Shown here: positions 1 to 9,245 of the stretch, one piece after another
Layout: each line of letters starts with the position of its first letter
Numbering within the stretch: position 1 is the first letter of the stretch
Translations under genes and position numbers: made by a program
Source of the DNA: Propionicimonas sp.
GTDB taxonomy: Bacteria; Actinomycetota; Actinomycetes; Propionibacteriales; Propionibacteriaceae
Assembly (NCBI GenBank): GCA_030158185.1
Contig: JAOATP010000136.1
Span: 1-52,053, forward strand
DNA: 52,053 nucleotides
Reading direction: 5' to 3'
The notes under the pieces: model-generated
Seen by the model: only the letters and a program-made list of their open reading frames with translations
What the model was told of the DNA's origin: nothing
Databases searched by the model: none

Positions 1-151
1 CGCCGTCCTCGGTGCGCAGCAGGTTCTCCAGCAGCACCTTCAGGCTGAACGGCAGGGTCGCGGACCCCTCGACAGCGTCGATGCGGAAGATCTGGTAGGT
101 CTGTCCGGCAACGTTCAACTGGTCGGATGCGGAGTAGCTGTCGATGCTCAT
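1..151 (-). CDS. acnA: Aconitate hydratase A, 5' part (runs off window)
   Basis: Manual translation from ATG 151: MSIDSYSASDQLNVAGQTYQIFRIDAVEGSATLPFSLKVLLENLLRTEDG, containing the AcnA N-terminal LPFSLKVLLENLLR motif. Confidence 0.92.
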   Translation of the reverse strand, partial: MSIDSYSASDQLNVAGQTYQIFRIDAVEGSATLPFSLKVLLENLLRTEDG

Positions 152-174
152 GGGGTCTCCCGTGGTCGCCGAGA

Positions 175-192
175 TATCTTGATGTCGAGATA
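175..192. promoter_or_regulatory. 18-bp palindromic operator upstream of acnA (TamR/PecS/UrtR MarR-type)
   Basis: TATCTTGATGTCGAGATA, near-perfect AT-rich inverted repeat 23 bp upstream of the acnA start; resembles UrtR-family sites, and TamR regulates aconitase in Streptomyces. Confidence 0.65.
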
Positions 193-215
193 TTATCCCA
201 CCCGACCCGACGAGG

Positions 216-449
216 CTACCGGCCGACGCGGCGTCGTTCGCCCCATTCCGCGCGGAGGTCCGGATCGGACATGACGAGGTAGACGAGGCCGCAGTCCTGC
301 GGGCCGGTCACGTCGAGCTGGCAGAGGTTGCAGATGTCGCCGGGACGCAGCGGACACTGCGCTTCGGGGCGGCTCCTGCGCGGCCCCACCCCCGACTTGT
401 CAGAGCCACCGGTCGCTATGGCGGCCTCAGGTTCTGACAAGTCGCTCAT
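216..449 (-). CDS. Small Cys-rich protein (DUF6767-like)
   Basis: CPLRPGDICNLCQLDVTGPQDCGLVYLVMSD motif; ATG 449 overlaps the upstream TGA (ATGA coupling). Confidence 0.7.
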   Translation of the reverse strand: MSDLSEPEAAIATGGSDKSGVGPRRSRPEAQCPLRPGDICNLCQLDVTGPQDCGLVYLVMSDPDLRAEWGERRRVGR

Positions 450-1588
450 CTCGGGGCAAGGATAGCGACGCACTCCACGTGGTGGGTCAGCGGGAACAGG
501 TCGTGGGCGGTCACGGACACCGGGACGTAGCCCAGCTCCTCCGCCGTCCGCAGGTCCCTTCCGAGTGCTGCCGGATCGCACGCGACGTAGGCGATGCGTC
601 GTGGCCGCCGCGAAGCGACCGCCGCCAGCACCCCACTGCCGGCCCCCGCGCGCGGCGGGTCGAGCACCACAAGATCGGCGCGGGACGGCAGGCCGCCGAG
701 CCGTCGTGCGACGTCGCCGGCTGCGAAGTTCGCGCCGGGCACGTTTCCTCGGGCGAGCTCCACCGCCCTGCGGTCGCCCTCGATGCCCCAGACCTGCGCA
801 CCGGCGTCGGCGAGCGCGCCGGCGAACAGCCCGACACCGCAGAACAGGTCGAAGGCCACCTCGCCCGGCGTGGGCGCGAGCCCTTCGATCACGGCGTCGG
901 TGAGCACGGTGGGAGCGGCGGCGTGCGCCTGCCAGAAGCCGTCGAGGGCAACCCTGAAGGTGCGCTCCCCCACGGTCTCGACAACGGTCGTGCCGCTCGG
1001 GCCGGGCGCGACGAACAGCGGGGTCTCGCCGGCAACGGCCAGCAGCTCACCGTCGGGACGGCCGGCGTCGGCCGGCGGGACGGCGATACCCGGGTCGGCG
1101 ATCCGGCAGCCACCCACGGGCAGCAGGACCAGGTCCTCCGACCGGTGGCCGCGCAGTCCCGCCCGTCCGGCGTCGTCGAGGTGGTAGCGCATCCGCCGGC
1201 GCCAGCCCAGCGGCGCCGGCTGCACCTCGAGCACATCGCCGGTGAAGTCGTAGCCGGCAAGGTGGCCCAGCAGTTCTGCGACGACCTGGCGCTTCAGCTC
1301 GCGGCTGTGGCCGGCCTCGACGTGCTGGAAGTCACAGCCGCCGCAACGTCCGGCGATCGGGCAGGGCGGCGTGACACGGTGCGGGCTCGCCCGGTGCACG
1401 GCAACGACGTCAGCCCGCGCGAACCGCTTGCTCACCTCGGTGACGCGCACGTCCACCAACTCACCGGTGAGGGCGTGACGCACGAAGATCACCCTGCCCT
1501 CATGACGGGCAACGAAGTGGCCGCCGTGCGCCACAGGGCCGATCTCGAGGCCGCTGACGACCTGTCCTACGGTGATGTCGATGCTCAC
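446..1588 (-). CDS. TRAM-domain class I SAM-dependent RNA (uracil-5) methyltransferase, RlmD/TrmA family
   Basis: TRAM N-terminus, CPIAGRCGGC Fe-S motif, DLFCGVGLF, LDPPRAG, YVAC and DLFPLTHHVE; GTG 1588 overlaps the upstream stop. Confidence 0.9.
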   Translation of the reverse strand: MSIDITVGQVVSGLEIGPVAHGGHFVARHEGRVIFVRHALTGELVDVRVTEVSKRFARADVVAVHRASPHRVTPPCPIAGRCGGCDFQHVEAGHSRELKRQVVAELLGHLAGYDFTGDVLEVQPAPLGWRRRMRYHLDDAGRAGLRGHRSEDLVLLPVGGCRIADPGIAVPPADAGRPDGELLAVAGETPLFVAPGPSGTTVVETVGERTFRVALDGFWQAHAAAPTVLTDAVIEGLAPTPGEVAFDLFCGVGLFAGALADAGAQVWGIEGDRRAVELARGNVPGANFAAGDVARRLGGLPSRADLVVLDPPRAGAGSGVLAAVASRRPRRIAYVACDPAALGRDLRTAEELGYVPVSVTAHDLFPLTHHVECVAILAPR

Positions 1589-3630
1589 TCCGGTTCTGTG
1601 GTGTCTCGGGGACGGTCGCCCATACGCACCTGCCCGGTTCCCGGGCGCCGCCAGGCCGCAGCGACGTTGCGCTGGGCGCGGTCGATGGCGTACTGGGAGG
1701 AGGCCAGCTGGTAGGGCACGGAGGTGACCATGACGCCCTGCATGAAGTTCAGGCGGGTCTTCAGGATCAGGCCGGTCTGGTTGTGCAGCAGCTGCTCCCA
1801 CCAGTGGCCGACGATGTACTCGGGGATGTAGACGCAGACCACGTCGCGGGGGTTGTCCGACCGCAGGCCCTTCACGTAGTTGAGGAACGGGCCGGTGACC
1901 TCCCGGTACGGCGAGGCGATGACCTTCAGCGGCACCTCGAGGTCCTGGGCGTCCCAGCTCGCCACCGTCGCCCGCGTCTCTGCGTCGTCGATGGAGACGG
2001 TGACAGCCTCGATGCTGCTTGCCCGGGTCGCCCGCGCGAAGTTCACGGCCCGCATGGTCGGCTTGTTGACCTCCTGCACCATGATCACCGCACGCACGCG
2101 GCTGGGAAGCAGGCGGGCGTCCATGGGGCCGACGGCGGTCTCGCGTGCCACCTTGGTGTAGTGGTTGCGGATGCCGCGCATCAGCATGAAGATCGCGGCC
2201 ATGGCGATCACGGCGAGGTAGGCGCCGTAGATGAACTTGGCGGCAAGGACGATGACCAGCACGAGTCCCGTGCCGGTGAGGCCGATGGCGTTGATCACGC
2301 GGGACCGCATCATGGTGGCCCTTGCCTTCGGGTCCTTCTCGGTCTTCAGGTGCCGCGTCCAGTGCAGCATCATGCCGAACTGGCTGATGGTGAAGGAGAC
2401 GAAGACGCCGACGACGTAGAGCTGGATCAGCGCGGTCACGCTCGCGTTGTAGATCAGCACGAGCGCGATGGCGGCCATGGCCAGCATCAGGATGCCGTTG
2501 GAGAACGCCAGCCGGTCGCCGCGGGTGTGCAGCGCCCGCGGCAGGAAGCCGTCCTTCGCAAGGATCGAGCCCAGCACAGGGAAGCCGTTGAAAGCGGTGT
2601 TCGCTGCCAGGAACAGGATGATCATGGTCATCGCGATCACGAAGTAGAACCCGAAGGGGAACGTGTCGAAGATCGTGCGGGCGAGCTGCCCCATGGCCGT
2701 CTCGTGCTCCACGTGCACCTCCACCCCGTTCTGGGTGAAGACGGAGTGCCCGTCAGGGTCGATGAGTTTCAGCCCGGTCAGGTTGGCGAGGGCGACGATG
2801 CCGCCGAGCATGGTGATCGCGATCCCGCCGAGCAGGGCGAGGGTGGTTGCGGCGTTCTTGCTCTTCGGCTCCCGGAACGCCGGGACACCGTTCGAGATCG
2901 CCTCGACGCCGGTGAGGGCGGCGCAGCCGGAAGAGAAGGACCGTGCCACCAGCACCATCAGGGCGATCCCGGTGAGGTCGTCGTAGAACGGCGCCCCGAT
3001 AACGCCGTACCCTGCGGTCGGTGCCTGCAGGTGTTCGTTCAGCCCGAAGATCCGGAACAGCCCCCAGACGGTCATGCCGAGCACCCCGATCATGAAGCCG
3101 TACGTCGGGATTGCGAACACCGAGCCGGATTCGCGCACGCCACGAAGGTTCATGGCCATCAGCAACAGGATCAGCCCGGCAGCCCACACGCCCTCGTAGC
3201 CGGCGATGAAGGGGAAGATCGCCTTCGCGTTCTGCACGCCGGAGGAGACCGAGACCGCGACGGTCAGCACGTAGTCGACGAGCAGGGCACTGGCGACCGT
3301 GAGCCCCGCGCTCGGGCCGAGATTCACCGTTGCGACCTCGTAGTCACCACCGCCGGACGGGTACGCGTGCACCGTCTGCCGGTAGGACAGCACGACGATG
3401 AACATCACGACGGCAACGGCGAGGGCGATCTGCCAGGAGAACGCAAACCCGGCGATGCCGGCCAGCGAGAGGGTGAGCAGGATCTCGTCAGGAGCGTAGG
3501 CGACGGAGCTGAGCGCGTCCGAGGCGAAGACCGGCAGCGCGATCCGCTTGGGAAGGAGTGTCTCCCCCAGCTGGGCGCTCGACAGCTTGCGCCCCACCAG
3601 CAGTCGCTTCATGAAGTCGGTGGCGTTCAC
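1585..3630 (-). CDS. APC-family permease, KimA-like putative K+ transporter
   Basis: FASDALSSVAY, YPSGGG and ALTGVEAISNGVP motifs; many TM helices; C-terminal domain with WWEQLLHNQ; divergent from trkA genes. Confidence 0.85.
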   Translation of the reverse strand: MNATDFMKRLLVGRKLSSAQLGETLLPKRIALPVFASDALSSVAYAPDEILLTLSLAGIAGFAFSWQIALAVAVVMFIVVLSYRQTVHAYPSGGGDYEVATVNLGPSAGLTVASALLVDYVLTVAVSVSSGVQNAKAIFPFIAGYEGVWAAGLILLLMAMNLRGVRESGSVFAIPTYGFMIGVLGMTVWGLFRIFGLNEHLQAPTAGYGVIGAPFYDDLTGIALMVLVARSFSSGCAALTGVEAISNGVPAFREPKSKNAATTLALLGGIAITMLGGIVALANLTGLKLIDPDGHSVFTQNGVEVHVEHETAMGQLARTIFDTFPFGFYFVIAMTMIILFLAANTAFNGFPVLGSILAKDGFLPRALHTRGDRLAFSNGILMLAMAAIALVLIYNASVTALIQLYVVGVFVSFTISQFGMMLHWTRHLKTEKDPKARATMMRSRVINAIGLTGTGLVLVIVLAAKFIYGAYLAVIAMAAIFMLMRGIRNHYTKVARETAVGPMDARLLPSRVRAVIMVQEVNKPTMRAVNFARATRASSIEAVTVSIDDAETRATVASWDAQDLEVPLKVIASPYREVTGPFLNYVKGLRSDNPRDVVCVYIPEYIVGHWWEQLLHNQTGLILKTRLNFMQGVMVTSVPYQLASSQYAIDRAQRNVAAAWRRPGTGQVRMGDRPRDTTEPE

Positions 3631-3760
3631 GAATGGTCACCCTATGCCACGATGCACGTGTGTCCGCCGATACTCCGGTGTAGCGTCGGTTTCGTCCTGC
3701 CCGGCATGGCCGGATAAGGTCATCCAGCTGCACCCGGCGAGCAGGAAGTGGAGGCAGGCG

Positions 3761-4423
3761 GTGCATATCGTCATCATGGGGTGTGGGCGCGTTGGCGCGT
3801 CCCTTGCCCGGGCCCTCGAGCACCGTGGCCATTCCGTGGCTGTCATCGACATCGTCCAGGACGCGTTCCGGCGCCTCGGCCCGGAATTCCAGGGCAAGAC
3901 GGTCAAGGGCGTCGGCTTCGACAGGCTGGTCCTGCAGCGCGCAGGCATCGAGCGTGCCGACGGCTTCGCTGCCGTCTCCAGCGGCGACAACTCCAACATC
4001 CTTGCCGCCCGCGTGGTGCGCGAGACGTTCGAGGTGCACAACGTCGTTGCGCGGATCTACGACCAGGGCCGTGCAGAGGTCTACGAGCGCCTGGGCATCC
4101 CCAGCGTCGCCACCGTCCGCTGGGCAGCCGACCAGGTCCTGCGTCGCCTCCTGCCCTCGGGCTCCGAGCCGCAGTGGCGCGACCCGTCCGGCAGCGTCCG
4201 CCTGATCGAGGTGCACGTGAACTCGGGATGGGTGGGCACCACCATCTCCGGCATGGAGACCGCCGCCCGCACCCGCATCCCCTTCGTGATGCGTTTCGGC
4301 ACCGGGATCGTGCCCACGCAGAGCACGGTCTTCCAGGACGGCGACCTGCTCTACGCAGCGGTAACCAACGAGCAGGTGGCCGAGGTGGAGGACATCCTCG
4401 GCAGCCAGCCGGTCGAGCACTGA
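3761..4423 (+). CDS. trkA: TrkA/CeoB-type potassium uptake RCK protein
   Basis: GTG start, HIVIMGCGRVG Rossmann motif, SSGDNSNIL. Confidence 0.9.
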   Translation: MHIVIMGCGRVGASLARALEHRGHSVAVIDIVQDAFRRLGPEFQGKTVKGVGFDRLVLQRAGIERADGFAAVSSGDNSNILAARVVRETFEVHNVVARIYDQGRAEVYERLGIPSVATVRWAADQVLRRLLPSGSEPQWRDPSGSVRLIEVHVNSGWVGTTISGMETAARTRIPFVMRFGTGIVPTQSTVFQDGDLLYAAVTNEQVAEVEDILGSQPVEH

Positions 4424-4436
4424 GACAGGAGCGAAC

Positions 4437-5120
4437 GTGCGTGTAGCCATCGCCGGTGCCGGAAATGTCGGCCGCTCGATCGCGAGGGAGCTGATCGCCA
4501 ACGGCCACCAGATCCTGCTGATCGACCGCGACCCCAATGCGATCAAGCCGGAGAGCGTTCCGGAGGCCGAATGGCTGCTGGCCGACGCCTGCGAGCTGGC
4601 AAGCCTCGAGGAGGCCAGCTTCGAGACCTGCGACGTGGCCATCGCCGCCACCGGCGACGACAAGTCCAACCTCGTCCACGCCCTGCTGGCGAAGACCGAG
4701 TTCGGCGTGCCGCGCACCGTCGGCCGGGTGAACCACCCCAGCAACGAGTGGATGTTCGACGACCTGTGGGGCGTCGACGTCGCCGTCTCCACCCCGCGCC
4801 TGATGTGCGCGCTGGTGGAGGAGGCCGTGACCGTCGGTGACCTGGTGCGGCTGTTCAGCTTCCGCGGCGGCCACGCGAACCTCGTCGAGATGACCCTGCC
4901 GGACGGTTCGCCGCGGGTCGGGACGCGGGTCGCCGACCTGAACCTGCCCGGTGACGCCGTGCTGGTGACGATCATCCGGGACGGCGCTGCGCGCGCTCCC
5001 GAGCGGGACGCGGCCCTGGAGGGCAGCGACGAGCTGCTGTTCGTCGCCGACCCGAGCTACGAGGCCGAACTGGCCCAGTACCTGGTGCCGCGGAGCACGC
5101 GCACCACCGACATCGGCTGA
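4437..5120 (+). CDS. trkA: TrkA/CeoC-type potassium uptake RCK protein
   Basis: MRVAIAGAGNVG, TGDDKSNLV, C-terminal TrkA-C domain. Confidence 0.9.
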   Translation: MRVAIAGAGNVGRSIARELIANGHQILLIDRDPNAIKPESVPEAEWLLADACELASLEEASFETCDVAIAATGDDKSNLVHALLAKTEFGVPRTVGRVNHPSNEWMFDDLWGVDVAVSTPRLMCALVEEAVTVGDLVRLFSFRGGHANLVEMTLPDGSPRVGTRVADLNLPGDAVLVTIIRDGAARAPERDAALEGSDELLFVADPSYEAELAQYLVPRSTRTTDIG

Positions 5121-5136
5121 CAGCGACGGTGTTCGC

Positions 5137-5505
5137 TCAGCCGGCGACCAGCTCGTAGAGCGGGTTGTACAGGCGACGCTGGCCGTCGACGTAGGACACG
5201 CGTCCGCTGACGATGAGTTCCCTGCCCGCTGTGATCCCGGGGATCGAGCGACGCCCCATCCAGATCAGGGTGACCGTGCCGGAGCCGTCGTTGAACTCGG
5301 CCTCCAGCCACGGTGTCCCGCTGCGGGGCTTCATGGTGAGCACGGTGATGGTGCCGCGCAGCTTCGCCGATTGGCGGTCGCTGAGGTCGGCGATCAGGCT
5401 GGCGCCGGTCGACTCCACGACCTTCTGGCGCGCGGCGGACTCCAGTTCGGCGTTCGACGCACCGAAGCGCCGCAGCGCCCGCAGGACAGGATTCGTGTTC
5501 GCCAT
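5137..5505 (-). CDS. OB-fold nucleic-acid-binding protein
   Basis: LEAEFNDGSGTVTLIWMGRRSIPGI...LYNPLYEL; usual position downstream of DUF3710 and dut. Confidence 0.8.
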   Translation of the reverse strand: MANTNPVLRALRRFGASNAELESAARQKVVESTGASLIADLSDRQSAKLRGTITVLTMKPRSGTPWLEAEFNDGSGTVTLIWMGRRSIPGITAGRELIVSGRVSYVDGQRRLYNPLYELVAG

Positions 5506-6281
5506 CAGCCCTCCCCGGCACCCTCCGGCAGCGTCATCGGGATCAGTTCACCCGGAACCCTCGGCTTGTCGCCGCGGTTCACCACAAGATTACGGAACAA
5601 CTCGACGAATGGGGCCACCACCGGGGCATCCGCTTCGCCGACGGCTGCCTCACCCAGCAGGGTGCCGCGCAGGAGCCAGCGCGGGCCCTCTGCGAACCAG
5701 ATGCGGGAGACGTGGAACATCTGCTCCCCGCCGGGGCCCTCCTGGGGGAGCACGCGACGCACCTCGGAGCCGAACGGCCCGTCGGCGAGGGTCGCCGTGC
5801 CACCGGCCTGCTCAGCCTCGTCGACGGCGTCCTCACGGAGCTCCTCTGCAAGACCGCCACTGGCGGGCGCTGCGAACAGGGTGACCTCGAGGCCGGAGTT
5901 CTTCCAGACGGCCGTGACGGCCTGCACCTGGCGGTCGGCCTCGTTCACCTGGAGCTGGAGCCCGAGCCCCTCCCAGGGGGTGACGATGACGGCACCCAGG
6001 TCGATGCGAACCACCCCGTCGTCGGCCAGGTCGACCTCTTCGGAGTCGAAGGGCCCGTCCGCGCGCCAGTCGACGTCGTCGCCGGCGTCATCGGAGACGG
6101 CCTCCTCCGCGGCTTCGAGCGCAGCCTCGTCCTCGACCTCGTCGTACTCGCCGTCGGCCTCCGCATCGACGTCGACGTCAACCTCGTGCTCACCGGCGTC
6201 GTCGCCGACGATCTCGAGCGACTCCTCCTCGGTGTCGATCGGGTCGGTTGTCGCCGACTTGCGCTTGCGCCCAAAGATCAC
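5505..6281 (-). CDS. DUF3710 domain protein
   Basis: GPFDSEE, IDLGA, FAAP, GPFG and GPRWLLR motifs; GTG 6281 overlaps the dut stop. Confidence 0.85.
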   Translation of the reverse strand: MIFGRKRKSATTDPIDTEEESLEIVGDDAGEHEVDVDVDAEADGEYDEVEDEAALEAAEEAVSDDAGDDVDWRADGPFDSEEVDLADDGVVRIDLGAVIVTPWEGLGLQLQVNEADRQVQAVTAVWKNSGLEVTLFAAPASGGLAEELREDAVDEAEQAGGTATLADGPFGSEVRRVLPQEGPGGEQMFHVSRIWFAEGPRWLLRGTLLGEAAVGEADAPVVAPFVELFRNLVVNRGDKPRVPGELIPMTLPEGAGEG

Positions 6282-6781
6282 GTGTCCACCTCTGTCATTG
6301 TCTTGCCGGCCGGTTGTGCGGCCCACTCCGCGACTCCACCTGTGGAGCCGTGGCCTCTGTCGCCCCGGACGCTCCCGGGCAACTCGTCGAGCAGTTCGAA
6401 CTCGGCCCGACCCACTCGCTGGACGACCAGCTGGGCGATCAGGTCCCCGCGCACCAGCCGGACCGCGTCCGTGGTGTCGGTGTTCAACAGGCAGACGCGG
6501 ATCTCGCCGCGGTAGCCGGAGTCAACGGTGCCGGGTGCGTTCACGATCGTCAGCCCCGAGCGTGCAGCCAGCCCGGAACGCGGATGGACGAAACCGGCCC
6601 AGCCTTCGGGGAGTGCGATGGCGACCCCCGTGCCGACGAGCCGGCGCTCCCCCGGCGCCAGTTCGCAGTCCTCTGCGATGGCCAGGTCGGCACCCGCGTC
6701 ACCGGGGTGCGCGTAGCCGGGCGCAGGCATTCCCGGGTCGAGCCTTGTCAGGCCGACCCGAACCCGCTCGGCCGAAGTCAT
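6278..6781 (-). CDS. dut: dUTP diphosphatase
   Basis: [27 protein letters not shown] and [10 protein letters not shown] motifs. Confidence 0.97.
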   Translation of the reverse strand: MTSAERVRVGLTRLDPGMPAPGYAHPGDAGADLAIAEDCELAPGERRLVGTGVAIALPEGWAGFVHPRSGLAARSGLTIVNAPGTVDSGYRGEIRVCLLNTDTTDAVRLVRGDLIAQLVVQRVGRAEFELLDELPGSVRGDRGHGSTGGVAEWAAQPAGKTMTEVDT

Positions 6782-6805
6782 TGCGGCAGTCTAGCCGCGG
6801 TGGGG

Positions 6806-7267
6806 TCAGCCTCCGGACGTCGAGATGGCGCGCCGATCAGCGATCGCCTGTGCCAGTGCCGCAGGGTCGCGGCTGGACACCAGCCAGTACGGATGGGGGT
6901 CGGCAGGGTCGTTCACCGACACCTCGACAGAGCCGGGAACGAATCCCCGGACCAGCAGCCAGGCCGCGTGATCGGCGCCGGCGCCCAGGCGCGACCTGGT
7001 GGCCGCACGGTCATGGACGGTGACGTCACCGGCGTAGGGCCACTCGAGCACGGCGCGCCCGGCGTGCAGGCCGTCGGCGTCCACCTGCACGCGGACGCTG
7101 CCGTACCGGAGCAGGGCCACAGCGACGCCTGCTGCCGTGACAACGCCGGCGACGACGGCCACCATCGGGCCGGCGTAGAAGCCGACGGCCGTCACGAAGG
7201 TCAGGCCGAAGAACATCCCGACCACCCACCACATGCCGGGCACCATGAGCCGCTCGGAGTAGTTCAT
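6806..7267 (-). CDS. DUF3093 membrane protein
   Basis: YSERL..WW, two TM helices, DPADPHPYWLVSSR; usual neighbour of dut. Confidence 0.85.
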   Translation of the reverse strand: MNYSERLMVPGMWWVVGMFFGLTFVTAVGFYAGPMVAVVAGVVTAAGVAVALLRYGSVRVQVDADGLHAGRAVLEWPYAGDVTVHDRAATRSRLGAGADHAAWLLVRGFVPGSVEVSVNDPADPHPYWLVSSRDPAALAQAIADRRAISTSGG

Positions 7268-7294
7268 TGCCCAAAGCTATCCATGGTTGGCAGG

Positions 7295-7597
7295 ATGGAC
7301 ATCGTGAACACATCCCAGAAGTTGCTCTGGAACCTGTACGCCGGTGCGGTCGGCGCTCTCACCACCGTGCTGGCGGCAAAGGCCGTCAACGCTGTCTGGG
7401 AGCTGGCGACTGGCGACACTCCCCCGGAGCCCAACGACCCGGAGGTACCGCTGCGCCGCGCGCTCACCTGGGCGATCGCCAGCGGCATCGGCATCGGGCT
7501 GTCACAGCTCATGGTGAACCGCTTCGCCGCAGATCAGTGGACGCGGGTGATGGGCATGCCCGCGCCGAAGTTCAACAAGACGACACTGCGCATCTGA
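7295..7597 (+). CDS. DUF4235 membrane protein
   Basis: WELATGDTPPEPNDPEVPLRRALTWAIASG motif with two hydrophobic helices. Confidence 0.8.
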   Translation: MDIVNTSQKLLWNLYAGAVGALTTVLAAKAVNAVWELATGDTPPEPNDPEVPLRRALTWAIASGIGIGLSQLMVNRFAADQWTRVMGMPAPKFNKTTLRI

Positions 7598-7703
7598 GAG
7601 GGCAGAAAAGGGGACAGTCCCTTTACTTGCCCCTCACTTGCCCTGATCTCAAGGGCGCTTCGCCAGGGGCAAGAAAGGGGACTGTCCCCTTTCTTGCCCC
7701 TGG
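7598..7703. repeat. Pair of REP-like palindromes (GGGGAC-W-GTCCCC core) between convergent genes
   Basis: 7663-7703 is a perfect palindrome with 20-bp arms (CCAGGGGCAAGAAAGGGGAC-T-GTCCCCTTTCTTGCCCCTGG); 7598-7635 is a degenerate copy in the opposite orientation. Confidence 0.75.
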
Positions 7704-7712
7704 GCGGGTTGC

Positions 7713-8009
7713 TCAGCCGGCGCAGTCCACGCAGTAGGTGAGGCCGTTCTTGACCTCTGCGATCTGGCTGCGGTGCTTCACGAGGAAGCACGAGGCGCAG
7801 GTGAACTCGTCTGCCTGGCGCGGAAGCACCCGGACAGTCAGTTCCTCATGCGACAGGTCCGCCCCGGGCAGCTCGAACGTCTCGGCAGCCTCGACCTCGT
7901 CCTCGTCGACCTTTCCGGAGTTCTTGTCGTTCCGCCGGGTCTTCAGTTCCTCGATCGAGTCTTCGCTCTCCTCGTCAGTCTTGCGAGGGGCGTCGTAGTC
8001 GGTTGCCAT
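7713..8009 (-). CDS. DUF4193 family protein
   Basis: MATDYDAPRK...ELPGADLS...EFTCASCFLVKHRSQ...CVDC. Confidence 0.92.
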   Translation of the reverse strand: MATDYDAPRKTDEESEDSIEELKTRRNDKNSGKVDEDEVEAAETFELPGADLSHEELTVRVLPRQADEFTCASCFLVKHRSQIAEVKNGLTYCVDCAG

Positions 8010-8284
8010 GGGTTAAGTTCCATCTCCGTTCCGCGGTGCCCGTGTTGGCGGGTGGTAGGGCATCTGGTGCGAGGAATCTATATCACATCCCGGGCAACAC
8101 ATCCCTTGCCACCACGTGGGGAGGGCCGAGGAAGCGGCCCCGCTGACGCGGTGTTCGGGCATCGGGTTGGTAGGTTACCTCCAGACACAAACTTGGAAGT
8201 GAGACCATGACTCACCGAGACCACGGCCATGCAGCTACGGGTCCGGTACGCCACCAGCCGCAGACCACCCATCTGGAGATACAA

Positions 8285-9244
8285 ATGGACAGCGCCTTGA
8301 CCCCCCGGGAGATCCAGGCACGCATCCGCGCGGGTGAACCGCTCTCCGACGTCGCGCGCGCAGCAGGCATGGCAGTCGACTGGGTGGAGCCCTTCGCGGG
8401 ACCTGTGTTCGCCGAACGTGAGTTCATCGCAGGGCAGGCACAGTCACACCCGGTGCGTCGCGGAGCAGAGACGATCGCGCACCGCACGCTCGGCCAGGTC
8501 GTCGAGGACCGGCTGGCCTCCCGCCGGGTCGACGCAGAAACGGTCGCCTGGGACGCCTGGAAGATCGAGGCGCGACGCTGGCTCGTCCGGGTCGACTACG
8601 ACTCGGGGAAGTCGCACCGCGAGGCCCGCTTCATCTACGACGCCAGCGGACGGTTTTCCACGGCCGACAACGACGACGCGCGCTGGCTGCTCGGCCTGCA
8701 ATCCGCGTCCCACGGCCCCCAGCCGGGCCGCCGTCGCCGCGACGAGGAAGCGGAACCGACCGTCGAGCTCAACGACGAACTCGCGCTGGTGCGGGTGGTG
8801 CAGCCACGCGCGGACGAGCCCATGGATCCCGATGACACGGTGCCGCTGGAGGAGCTGGACGAGGTCGACGACGCTTACGCGGAGGGCGAACTCGCCGAGG
8901 TCGACGGCGTCTACGACATCGTCCCGACAGCGGATTCCGGCCTCGACGTGCTCTACGACATGCTCTCCAGCTTCGACGAGGATTCGGTGCAGATCTACGC
9001 CGGGCTGATCCGCCCGGCGGACGCACCGGTGGCGCGCCCCGTCCTCGATGAGGCACCGGACGAGGAAGAGGAAGAACCCGAGCCCGAGTTGCTGCCGCTG
9101 GACCAGGATGAACCGGTCGTCGCGGAGCCGGAGCAGCCGGCCCTCGTCGAGGAGCCGGTCGCAAGGCCGAAGCGCAAGCGGGCACATGTCCCGAGCTGGG
9201 ACGAGATCATGTTCGGCTCGCCGAAGAACCCGCAGAAGCGCTGA
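8285..9244 (+). CDS. sepH: Septation protein SepH (DUF3071)
   Basis: LTPREIQARIRAG HTH-like motif and C-terminal RAHVPSWDEIMFG; GGAG upstream of ATG 8285. Confidence 0.85.
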   Translation: MDSALTPREIQARIRAGEPLSDVARAAGMAVDWVEPFAGPVFAEREFIAGQAQSHPVRRGAETIAHRTLGQVVEDRLASRRVDAETVAWDAWKIEARRWLVRVDYDSGKSHREARFIYDASGRFSTADNDDARWLLGLQSASHGPQPGRRRRDEEAEPTVELNDELALVRVVQPRADEPMDPDDTVPLEELDEVDDAYAEGELAEVDGVYDIVPTADSGLDVLYDMLSSFDEDSVQIYAGLIRPADAPVARPVLDEAPDEEEEEPEPELLPLDQDEPVVAEPEQPALVEEPVARPKRKRAHVPSWDEIMFGSPKNPQKR

Positions 9245-9245
9245 A

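Noticed and set aside
8207-8284. Longer sepH start at ATG 8207
   Set aside because: ATG 8285 has a GGAG SD and begins at the conserved domain; the extension is possible but unsupported.
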